From contig CAWKBC010000023.1 in NCBI GenBank assembly GCA_963847705.1, positions 2,960-66,959 of the forward strand: a stretch of DNA of 64,000 nucleotides. Reading direction: 5' to 3'. This stretch comes from an uncultured Pseudomonadota bacterium (lineage in GTDB: Bacteria > Myxococcota_A > Polyangia > Fen-1088). The notes beneath the pieces are model-generated. The model saw nothing but the letters and a program-made list of their open reading frames with translations. It was not told the origin of the DNA and did not search any database. The position numbers were made by a program, and so were the translations under genes. This document shows, piece by piece, positions 1 to 9,123 of this stretch; the stretch's first letter is position 1; each line of letters opens with the position of its first letter.

Positions 1-618
1 CAGCAGCTCCGTGAGGCGGACGCCGAACGACCTGTTGGCCTCGCGCCGGTTGAGCCGCATCGTCTCCTTGTCGGAGACCGTCTCCAGCTCGGCGCTCTCA
101 CGCACCGGTTTGCCCGTTTGCATGCCGTGCACCAGCCGCTGGATCGCCACGTCGAGCTCGTCGGGCCCTCCCGCGATCAGGATGCTGTCCCAGTAGACGA
201 CCTGCGCCGAGCCGGTCGAATAGGCGGTCAGACGCAGCCGCGCAGAGTTTCCGAAGTGCGTGAGCCGCAGGACGATGGAGAGCTCCGCTCCGACGGAGCT
301 TCCGAGGCGAGCCGCCTCGGCGGCGGTCGGCTCCTCGTTCGACGGCGGCAGCACCATCCCCGGCGGCGTCCCGGCGGGCGGCGGTGGCGTCGCCGGCTCC
401 ACGACCCCGTACGTCCCGGCGCGCTCGAGGTGATCCTTCAAGATGTCCCGCGCGGCGCGAAGAAGCTCGGGGGCGATGTTGTCTCCCGTCGGGGGAAGCA
501 CCGCCACCGTCTGCATCCGCGGAGGAGGTTCGGCCGACGCAGGCGGCGCTGCCGCGACCTCGACGACGAACGCCGCGAGGAAGAACGAGAGGCCAACCAA
601 ACGGGGGGCGGTGGTCAT
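1..618 (-). CDS. hypothetical secreted protein (start in window, 3' end runs off the window)
   Basis: Absent from the ORF track because it has no stop inside the window. The reverse complement from ATG (618-616) reads MTTAPRLVGLSFFLAAFVVEVAAAPPASAEPPPRMQTVAVLPP... and stays open to base 1. N-terminus looks like a signal peptide; third positions are G/C-rich. Confidence 0.6.
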   Translation of the reverse strand, partial: MTTAPRLVGLSFFLAAFVVEVAAAPPASAEPPPRMQTVAVLPPTGDNIAPELLRAARDILKDHLERAGTYGVVEPATPPPPAGTPPGMVLPPSNEEPTAAEAARLGSSVGAELSIVLRLTHFGNSARLRLTAYSTGSAQVVYWDSILIAGGPDELDVAIQRLVHGMQTGKPVRESAELETVSDKETMRLNRREANRSFGVRLTELL

Positions 619-899
619 GGTGTTTTCCTTGTGCGGAGTTCGCAGCGGTCATGTGCAAGCGAGGGACCATCGCAGAGCGACAGAGAGAGGGGCGCGCCCC
701 GGCCGTCGACCGCGAACACCTGACAAGTTTCGGACATAAATGTCAGCGTCTCGATAGCATAACGCGTCAGCCGATTGTTCTCACTCATTTGCTCGGCGCC
801 TCCCAGTCTTGGCCGGGGGCTCCGCGAGCTGGGGCGGTCTGCGGCGACGCGAGCGCCCCGGGAACGAAGGCGGGCGCCGCCGGATGCGCGACCCACGGA

Positions 900-1337
900 T
901 CATAGGAAGGTTGGGGAGGTTGGGGACCCCGCGGAGCGAATGGGCTCACCGGTGGGAGCGTCGAGCGGCGCACGAGAATCCGCCTCCGCCTGGCGGCACT
1001 CCGACGTTTTCTTGTAGCCGTAAGCGGCGGACGTCGCGAGCAGCGCGGCCCCGGCACCGAAGGCGATGAGGTCCCCCTTCCTCGAGCCTGTGGTGGTGCT
1101 CGCATCGTTCGTCGAGCCGGTCGTGAAGCTGACCGCGTCGAGGAGGGCGATCGTGGACGCCACCGTATCCAGCACCGGGATCGTGTTGCTGGCGGTGCAG
1201 TCGAAGAAGGCCGACGTTCGGTGATTGGGAGGCGGCCCGTTGACGAATGCGAACGAGCAGCCGCCGAACAGCGTCGAAAGCAGGGAGATCACCAGGGGGA
1301 CACCGACGCCTGGCGGGGACAGCAGGGGTGAGGTCAC
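900..1337 (-). CDS. putative lipoprotein, family not recognised
   Basis: 145-aa ORF with GTG start. The N-terminal segment ...LVISLLSTLFGGCSF resembles a lipoprotein signal peptide with lipobox. Strong G/C third-position bias. Confidence 0.6.
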   Translation of the reverse strand: MTSPLLSPPGVGVPLVISLLSTLFGGCSFAFVNGPPPNHRTSAFFDCTASNTIPVLDTVASTIALLDAVSFTTGSTNDASTTTGSRKGDLIAFGAGAALLATSAAYGYKKTSECRQAEADSRAPLDAPTGEPIRSAGSPTSPTFL

Positions 1338-1413
1338 CAGGTGGTGGCCAGCAAACGCGGTGCCACTCGTCGCCGATCGTTATCTGGGGTGCGGCATTGT
1401 AGTCTTCGTCGCC

Positions 1414-1890
1414 ATGGCCAAGGCCCCCCCCACCGACGCGACGAAGGTGCTCGCGCGCAACAAGAAGGCGCGGCACGAGTACCACGTCGACGAGATCATC
1501 GAGGCCGGGATCGTGCTGGTCGGCTCCGAGGTCAAGTCGATCCGCGCCGGGAAGGTCACCCTCGTCGACGCGTTCGCCGCCATCGATCGGGGCGAAGCCT
1601 GGTTGCACCAGATGGACATCGGTGTGTACGCCTTTGCACACCAGCGCAATCACGACCCGCGCCGCAAGCGCAAGCTGCTGCTCCACCGCCGTGAGATCGA
1701 TCGCCTGGCCGGGAAAATTCGGGAAAAAGGGAGCACGCTCGTCCCTCTGTCGCTGTATGAGAAGAAAGGCTGCGTGAAGGCCGAGCTGGCCTTGGTTCAC
1801 GGCAAGCAGAGCTGGGACAAGCGTGAAGACTCCAAGAAAAGAGAGAGCCAACGTGAGATCGACCGCGCGATGGCCAGCCGCCGCCGTTAG
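1414..1890 (+). CDS. smpB: SsrA-binding protein SmpB
   Basis: The inner ATG at 1414 of ORF 1225..1890 gives MAKAPPTDATKVLARNKKARHEYHVDEIIEAGIVLVGSEVKSIRAGKVTLVDAF...KLLLHRREIDRL..., the conserved SmpB core plus basic C-terminal tail. Confidence 0.9.
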   Translation: MAKAPPTDATKVLARNKKARHEYHVDEIIEAGIVLVGSEVKSIRAGKVTLVDAFAAIDRGEAWLHQMDIGVYAFAHQRNHDPRRKRKLLLHRREIDRLAGKIREKGSTLVPLSLYEKKGCVKAELALVHGKQSWDKREDSKKRESQREIDRAMASRRR

Positions 1891-2536
1891 CGCTCTGACG
1901 CTCGCGCCGTTCCTTCTGACCGTCGGGTGCAACGGCAGCCGGACCGCTGGCACCGACAGGGTGACGCCGCCCGCGGAGGCCGGGGTCGTTCCCCTCGACG
2001 GGAGCACCCTGGCCAGCGACGCGGGCGACGGTGGCACCTGCACCACCACCATCCAGCAATGGCCCGACGAGGGCGCGACCCATGTCTCCTGCATGTCCGA
2101 CGTCAACTACCTGACCGAGCCGCCGTCGTCGGGGAACCACTACACCTGCTGGGCGGCCTACCAGACCTACAGCGCCCCGATTCCATGGGGGAACCTGGTG
2201 CACTCGCTGGAGCACGGCGCGATCGTGATCGTCTACAACTGCCCCGACGGGTGCGCCGCCGACGTGGCCAACCTCCAGGCGTTCATCGACGGGCTGCCGC
2301 CTGACAGCGACTGCGCGCCGACGCTGGGGAAGAACCGGATGATCTTGATGCCCGATCCCGATCCGAACCTGGGCGTGAAGTTCGCCGCCTCGGCCTGGGA
2401 CTGGACCCTGCGCGCCGACTGCTTCGATCCGACCGCCTTCCGCCAGTTCTTCGACGATCACTACGATCACGGGCGCGAGATCATCTGCAGCGACGGCTGG
2501 CAGCCGGCCGATCTCTGCAGCGACATCTGCCCCTAG
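1853..2536 (+). CDS. DUF3105-like lipoprotein
   Basis: ORF 1823..2536; GTG at 1853 is the more likely start because it overlaps smpB less. Lipobox LLTVGCNG. The motif PPSSGNHY...WGNLVHSLEHGAIVIVYNCP recalls DUF3105 proteins. Confidence 0.7.
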   Translation: MRSTARWPAAAVSALTLAPFLLTVGCNGSRTAGTDRVTPPAEAGVVPLDGSTLASDAGDGGTCTTTIQQWPDEGATHVSCMSDVNYLTEPPSSGNHYTCWAAYQTYSAPIPWGNLVHSLEHGAIVIVYNCPDGCAADVANLQAFIDGLPPDSDCAPTLGKNRMILMPDPDPNLGVKFAASAWDWTLRADCFDPTAFRQFFDDHYDHGREIICSDGWQPADLCSDICP

Positions 2537-2698
2537 ACCGCTTTCAAATTTGACCCGAGGGAGTAGCCGGCGAAGGTGAGCCAGGCTCTGACGTCGGCGT
2601 CAGAGATGGTTGTCATGGCGAAGGCGACGGCATCGTCGAACGCCTCACGAGAGAGCGTGGGCAAGTGGCCGAGGAGGTCCTTGAGCTTGGCCTCCTCA
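2533..2698 (-). other. coding-like 3' extension of the HEAT-repeat gene in the +1 frame (possible frameshifted C-terminus)
   Basis: Directly after the TGA at 2696-2698, the +1 frame reads AEEAKLKDLLGHLPTLSREAFDDAVAFAMTTISDADVRAWLTFAGYSLGSNLKAV*. Third positions are G/C-rich and there is no ATG/GTG start near its 5' end. In this frame the only upstream start is the ORF-track start at 3744, inside the HEAT gene. Confidence 0.4.
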
Positions 2699-5600
2699 GC
2701 CGCCGAACAGGCGTTCGATGAAGACGTGCAGCTCGGCGGGGGGCGCGTCGATGAAGCTGCGTCCGATCTGGGCGGCCAGCCGGGCCAGCGCTGGGCCGGA
2801 CTCGGCGATGCGATCGAGCTCTTGTCGGGCGGCGGCGCGTTCGGCGGCCGGCGCGGCCGGGCGCTGCGCGAGCGCCACCAACGCCTCGAGCGCCACGAAT
2901 CGGCGCGTGCTGTCGGCGTCGGAGGCGACCAGGGTCCGGCCGAGGGCGCGCGCGTCGAGCTGCTGCGACCAGACCGCCGCCAGCGCCGGCAGGGCGGCGC
3001 TGCGCACGTCGTAGCTGGGATCGCGCACCGCCCGTTCGAGCACCGGCGCGACCCGCTCCGGCGCGCGTGCCGCCAGCCGGCCGTAGGCGCGCGCCGCCGC
3101 CGTGCGCAGCGATTCACTGCGCGATTCCATCGCCTCGCCGAGCAGCCGAAATCCGGCATCGCCCGGATCGGGCAGCGCGCCGATCCCCGCGACCGCCGCC
3201 TCGCGCGCGGCGCGATCGCCGCCGTGGAGCATCGTCTCGAAGGTCGGCAGCAGATCGCGGGAGCCACCACCGGCCGCCCCGGCCAGCAGGCGCATCGCCT
3301 CCGCCCGCACGCTCTCGGAGCGATCGTCGACCGCGCCCCGCACGATCTCGAGCCGCGGCGAAGTGGGGGAAGAGAGGGCCGGTCCGTTTCCGTGCCCGGT
3401 CGGGGCGCCGGCGCCCGCCGCGCGCACCGCTTCCAGCCTGACGGTCTCGTCGCCGTCGCGCGCCGCCTGTTTGAGCAGACCCCACAGCTCCGCCCGGACG
3501 GCGGCCGCGACGATCGCCTGGCGCTCGGCGACGTCGCCTTGAACCAGCGCGCCTTCCAGTGCGTGCTCGGCGTCGGCGCGGCGCTTGGCCCCCGCCGATC
3601 CCGCGGCGCCTCCCTCGCCATCCAACAGCGGAGGCGCCAGCGCGGTGAAGGCGTGCTCGGCCGCGGCGCGGACCTCGCGGTTGGGATCGCCGACCAGCTT
3701 GAGCAAGGAGGGAAAGGCCAGCTCCGCGGCCGCCCCGCGCACACCGCCCAGCGCCTGCGCGGCCGCCATCCGCACCGCCGGCTGCTCGGCCTCGGTCAGC
3801 TCGGCCGCCATGCGGGCCGCGCCCTTGGGATCGGCCGCCGCCACGTCGGAGAGACAGGCCGCAGCGGCGGTGCGCACCTCGTCGTGATCGTCGCGGGCGG
3901 CGATGCGCAGATAGGGCGAGGCCGCCGCGGCGCTCTTCTTGGCCAGGGTACAGAACCCGTTGGTCGCCGCCAGCCGGGTGGCGACGTCGCTGTCCTTGAT
4001 CGCGTGCGCCAGCGGCGGCAGCGCCGCGGCCAAGCGGCTCTCGCCCAGGTGCGCCAGCGTCTCCACCAGCCCCCGACGGACGGCCGGGCGCACCGTCTTC
4101 ACCGCGCGTCCCAGCATGTCGGCGATCTGGCCAGGGTACTGCGCCGAGAGCGCCAGCGCCGACTCGATCGCGGCCCGCTCCACCTCGGGGCTGGGATCCT
4201 TGAGCGCCTTTTCGGTGAGGTCGAGACCGTCGCGGCGCAAAGATCCGAAGGCGCGCGCCGCCTCGATGCGGATCTCCATCGCCGGGTCGTAGAGCATCGA
4301 CTTGAGCGGTTTCAAAGCATCGTCGGGGCGGGTCGCCGCCACCGCCCCCCAGACCGCCGCGCTGGCCGCGCGCGCCGCCGGCGACCCCTTCATCTCGGTG
4401 CGCGCCAGATCCTCGGCCTCGGCCGGCGAGATGAGCCGCGCGTAAAGCGGCAGCGCCGCCGCCCGCAGCCGGGGGGACGACTCCGGGCGAATCGCCCGCT
4501 CCAGCACCGGACGCAAGGTGGGTGCGGGGGCTCCCGCGCGGCGGAGGATGAGCAGCGCCGCGACCCGGACGTCGTCGGCGACCTTCTCGTTGGTGACCAC
4601 CCGCGCCAGCGCAGCGGCGCTCTCCGCCGGCGACCTGGCGGCGATCGACTCGAACAACGTCAGCGCCGCCCGGCGCGCGCCCGCGTCGGGGCTCTGCAGC
4701 ACGTCCACCAGCGCATCGACCACCGTGCCCGGCGCGCGCTCGGCCAGCGCGGCGGTCGCCGCTTCGGCCCGGCGCCGCAGCGTCGGATCCGGATCGCGCA
4801 AGGCCAAGGTCAGGATGCCGGCGGCCTCCGCGGACGGCAGCGTGGGGGCCTCCTGCAAGACGGCGGCGCGCACGTCGGCCGAGCGATCGGCGAGCGCCGT
4901 CCGCAGGATGGCGGCGTGGGCGCCCGGCGCCTGGCGGGCGTCAGCTTTTTCGCCCGCCTGGCGACGGTCTATGGCCGCCGCGACCTCCACGCCGCGGCGG
5001 CGGATCTCCGGCGCGTGGTCGGCGAGCGCGTCGGCCAGGATCTCGTCCTCGCCGGCGCCGCCCCGGCCGATCACCGAGAGGGCCGAGAGGATCTCGCTGC
5101 GCACCGAGGGGTCGGTGAAGGCCTGCTTGAGCGCCGCCACGCCGTCGGGATCCCCGAGGAGCGCCTTGGCGATTCCACGCGGCACCGGGCGGAGCCCGTT
5201 CAACACCTCTCGCAGCCAGCCGGGGACGTGCGAGCGGCCGTTGGGCCCGGGCGGCGGCGCATCGAGCGTGCCGGTGGCGCCGCCGGCGGCAATCCGGGCG
5301 ACCGTGTCGCGCGACAGACCCGCCGCGGTGTAGCCGGTGTCGGCCAGGATCGAGCCGAGCGGCGGGTGATTGGGGAGAAAATTCAGGAGTGAGAGCCGCC
5401 GCCGCCCCAGCCGAACCACGATCCGCGCGGCACCACCCCCGTCAGGGGGATCGAGCGCCAGCGTGTAGGCGCGCCGAGAATCGGCGAACAGCGCCGCCAC
5501 CGCCAGCACGACCAGGCCCAGCGCCAGGCCGAGCCGAAGCGCCACGCCCCCGACGCTGCGGTAGACCGCCCGGCGCTCCTCGGTGGTCAGCGCGCCGCGC

Positions 5601-6754
5601 AGGTTCCTGCTGATGGCGTAGAGCTCGCCGACCCGCAACCGTTCGCCGGCGGCGCGGCGGCGCATGAGCACCCGGCGCGCCCCGGCGGCGCGGGCACGAT
5701 CGGCCATGGTCGATTCGAGGACCAGATCGCGGAGCGCGGGGTGCGCCAGGACGAACACCTCCTGCCGTCCGCGCGCCTGCGCGACCAGGAGGCCGCGCGC
5801 CCGCAGCGCCACCAGCGCCTCGGCGCCGAGATCGCGACCGTTGCGCGCGCGCGCCGCCAGGTCGTCGGGCGAGACCGAGGTCTCGGTCGCCGCGGCGATC
5901 AGCGCGCGGCGCGCCACCGCGCCGCCCGATTCGGCGGCCACCCGATCGAACCAGGCCGCCGGCACCACCGCGGCGCCGCCGCTGCGCCGGTAGCGCCGCA
6001 GCGAGCCGAGGCGGAGATCGGCGATCGCCCGCGCCGTGATCTGGAGGTCGATGGCCCGACAGGGGCCGCTGCGGCAAAGATCGGCGGCCACCGCGGCAGC
6101 CAGGCCGTTTTCGAACGGCGTCCCCGACTGGACCGCGCTGCGCTCGAGGATGTCGGCCACCCGCGCCTCCGGCAGACGCGGCAGCGTCGTGGAGGCGCGG
6201 GCACCGATCTTCGAGCGGAGCGCCATCCGCATCGTCTCGAGGCGCGCGAACGCCGCCTCGTCGATCGACAGCACCAGCCGCAGGAGTGGCCCCCCCTCCT
6301 CGACCACCTGCGAGCAGAGCGCGATGACGTCGGACCCCTCGTCGGCCCGGAGACCGAGCGCCTCCTCGAGATGATCGAGGATCAGGACCAGCCCCCCCTT
6401 CGCCTCGCGCGCCACGCCGCCCAGGTAGTCGGCCGGATCCTGGCCGGGGACCGGCGGGGCGATGCCGAGGCGGCTGGTCTCGCGGACCAGCTCCCGGTCG
6501 AGATCGCGGTAGCTCCCCAGGGTGACCGCCGCGACGCCCCGGCGGGCGAGCGCCGGCGTCAACCCGGCGCGGAGCAGCGAGGTCTTGCCGACGCCCGAGG
6601 CCCCCATGAAGGTGACGACGCGGGCCTCGCCGGCCAGGAGCTGGTCGAGAAGCGCGATCTCGTCGGTGCGGCCGAAGAAGGTCTCGGCGCTGCGCTCGTC
6701 GAACGGCACGAACGCGCCGAAAAGACCGCCGGGGGGGGCGCCGGCCTCGCTCAT
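2696..6754 (-). CDS. STAND-like P-loop NTPase with one predicted TM segment and a long HEAT-repeat array
   Basis: 1352-aa ORF. N-terminus FGRTDEIALLDQLLAGEARVVTFMGASGVGKTSLLRAGLTPAL (Walker A) and LVLILDHLEE (Walker B-like). Hydrophobic stretch GGVALRLGLALGLVVLAVAALFA lies after roughly 400 aa. The remaining C-terminal part (well over half of the protein) is repetitive, A/L/R-rich and of ...D..VR..AA.AL type (HEAT/PBS-lyase-like). Confidence 0.85.
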   Translation of the reverse strand: MSEAGAPPGGLFGAFVPFDERSAETFFGRTDEIALLDQLLAGEARVVTFMGASGVGKTSLLRAGLTPALARRGVAAVTLGSYRDLDRELVRETSRLGIAPPVPGQDPADYLGGVAREAKGGLVLILDHLEEALGLRADEGSDVIALCSQVVEEGGPLLRLVLSIDEAAFARLETMRMALRSKIGARASTTLPRLPEARVADILERSAVQSGTPFENGLAAAVAADLCRSGPCRAIDLQITARAIADLRLGSLRRYRRSGGAAVVPAAWFDRVAAESGGAVARRALIAAATETSVSPDDLAARARNGRDLGAEALVALRARGLLVAQARGRQEVFVLAHPALRDLVLESTMADRARAAGARRVLMRRRAAGERLRVGELYAISRNLRGALTTEERRAVYRSVGGVALRLGLALGLVVLAVAALFADSRRAYTLALDPPDGGGAARIVVRLGRRRLSLLNFLPNHPPLGSILADTGYTAAGLSRDTVARIAAGGATGTLDAPPPGPNGRSHVPGWLREVLNGLRPVPRGIAKALLGDPDGVAALKQAFTDPSVRSEILSALSVIGRGGAGEDEILADALADHAPEIRRRGVEVAAAIDRRQAGEKADARQAPGAHAAILRTALADRSADVRAAVLQEAPTLPSAEAAGILTLALRDPDPTLRRRAEAATAALAERAPGTVVDALVDVLQSPDAGARRAALTLFESIAARSPAESAAALARVVTNEKVADDVRVAALLILRRAGAPAPTLRPVLERAIRPESSPRLRAAALPLYARLISPAEAEDLARTEMKGSPAARAASAAVWGAVAATRPDDALKPLKSMLYDPAMEIRIEAARAFGSLRRDGLDLTEKALKDPSPEVERAAIESALALSAQYPGQIADMLGRAVKTVRPAVRRGLVETLAHLGESRLAAALPPLAHAIKDSDVATRLAATNGFCTLAKKSAAAASPYLRIAARDDHDEVRTAAAACLSDVAAADPKGAARMAAELTEAEQPAVRMAAAQALGGVRGAAAELAFPSLLKLVGDPNREVRAAAEHAFTALAPPLLDGEGGAAGSAGAKRRADAEHALEGALVQGDVAERQAIVAAAVRAELWGLLKQAARDGDETVRLEAVRAAGAGAPTGHGNGPALSSPTSPRLEIVRGAVDDRSESVRAEAMRLLAGAAGGGSRDLLPTFETMLHGGDRAAREAAVAGIGALPDPGDAGFRLLGEAMESRSESLRTAAARAYGRLAARAPERVAPVLERAVRDPSYDVRSAALPALAAVWSQQLDARALGRTLVASDADSTRRFVALEALVALAQRPAAPAAERAAARQELDRIAESGPALARLAAQIGRSFIDAPPAELHVFIERLFGG

Positions 6755-6760
6755 CCGCCT

Positions 6761-7090
6761 CTAACTCTGGCGAATGTCCGACTCCAGCATCTCGGGCTCT
6801 TCGTCATAGTCCGAGATGATGATCTCTCGATTGTGGGCGTCCGTCGAGGACGGCGTGAAAAAACCTTCCACCAGGTCCGCGACCTCCTCGTGCGAGGTCC
6901 CTCGCTTGACCGTGGAGAGGGCGTAGACGACGTGGCCATCGTCGACGACGGAGAGAAAGCCGATGCGGCGCCCGTCCTCGACCGACCAGAGATCCCACGA
7001 CTCACCCGCCTGGGTGCGGGTGACGCGCGTCGCGTAGAAGGTGCGCGGCTCGTGGCGAGTGATGGGCGTGATTTTCGGATCGCGGGGCAA
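6761..7090 (-). CDS. hypothetical 109-aa protein with acidic C-terminus, tightly coupled to the NTPase gene
   Basis: TTG start with GGAG 8 nt upstream. G/C-rich third positions throughout. Its stop lies 6 nt before the ATG at 6754. No family recognised. Confidence 0.55.
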   Translation of the reverse strand: MPRDPKITPITRHEPRTFYATRVTRTQAGESWDLWSVEDGRRIGFLSVVDDGHVVYALSTVKRGTSHEEVADLVEGFFTPSSTDAHNREIIISDYDEEPEMLESDIRQS

Positions 7091-7116
7091 CCGTCAATCT
7101 CCGTCGGAAAGGGATC

Positions 7117-7145
7117 AGAATAACGAGCAACCGGCATGTCGGCAA
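7117..7145 (-). promoter_or_regulatory. possible sigma70-like promoter (TTGCCG-N17-TATTCT) upstream of the 109-aa ORF
   Basis: The reverse complement of 7117..7145 reads TTGCCG acatgccggttgctcgt TATTCT, within the 86-nt gap between the histidine kinase stop and the small ORF. Confidence 0.2.
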
Positions 7146-7176
7146 GCGTCAGCCAGACGGCGCCAGCCGGGCGGTC

Positions 7177-7895
7177 TCAGCAAGCGCGGATGTTGATCCA
7201 GAAGGTCGCCCCGCCGCCCGGGGCGCTGTCGACGCCGATGGTCCCGCCGTGCTGCTCGACGATCGCGCGGCAGAGGTAGAGGCCGAGGCCGAGGCCGCTG
7301 GTCCCCTCGCTGGCGGCGCCCCGCACGAAGCGATCGAAGATCCGCGTCCGCTCGTCGCCGGAGAGCCCGGGCCCGGAATCCCGCACCTCGATCCGCGCGG
7401 TGGCCGGCGCCTGAGGCACGAGGCGGACGGCGACGCTCGATCCGGCAGGCGAGTAGCGGACGGCGTTTTCGAGCAGGTTGATGAGCACCTGCTGCATCCG
7501 CCCGACGTCGACGGAGGCGCCGAGCGGCGCGGGCGGCAGCTGGACCGCGATGGGGGCCGGCTTGCCTCGGCGGAAGATCTCCACCGCCTCCGTCACCACG
7601 TCGCACAGATCGACCTCGCGGGGACGAAAGGCCAGATTGCCCAGATCGGCGCGCGTCTGGTCGAGCAGATCCTCGACCAGCGACGACAGCCGACGCACCT
7701 GGGCGCGCGCGAACGCCAGATCGTCCGGCGCCACCGGCTTGCCGGCGAGCAGCTGCCGCTCGGCCAGCTGGAGCGTCATCGCCAGCGGCCCGAGCGCGTT
7801 CTTGATCTCGTGCGCCGCCGCGGCCAGCGACACGTTGGGATCGGCGTCGGCGTCCGCGCCGGCGGCCTTGCTGGCAGAAGAACGCCCGCGCTTCG

Positions 7896-7899
<4 letters not shown>
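7177..7899 (-). CDS. histidine kinase core (HisKA + HATPase_c) without recognisable sensor or TM domain
   Basis: H-box [15 protein letters not shown]-box [13 protein letters not shown]-boxes DSGPGL and [21 protein letters not shown] at 7899 overlaps the thiolase TGA (ATGA, 7896-7899). Confidence 0.85.
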
Positions 7900-9110
<1,211 letters not shown>

Positions 9111-9123
9111 CGTCCACAGTCTA

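Noticed and set aside
620-899. AT-richer 280-nt gap with a TGACA...TGTCA inverted repeat (about 721-745), considered as an operator, promoter or small RNA.
   Set aside because: There is only a 5-bp arm and no convincing -35/-10 pair or terminator. Evidence is insufficient to call a feature.
1225-2540. tmRNA (ssrA) or other structured RNA next to smpB.
   Set aside because: No tRNA-like acceptor or T-arm sequence, and no tag-reading-frame signature, was seen. The flanks of smpB are occupied by protein-coding ORFs.
2576-5392. 938-aa plus-strand ORF, and similar very long ORFs elsewhere. Examples: 946..2106(-), 5741..7123(+), 7249..8679(+), 8791..11016(+), 11133..12692(+), 33710..35356(-), 38275..40194(+), 58273..60324(+), 60143..62206(+).
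   Set aside because: They are antisense or alternate-frame shadows of recognisable genes, as expected in very GC-rich DNA where stops are rare. Their translations are Arg/Gly/Ala/Pro-dominated and carry no motifs. The overlapping frame in each case carries clear family signatures and G/C-rich third positions.
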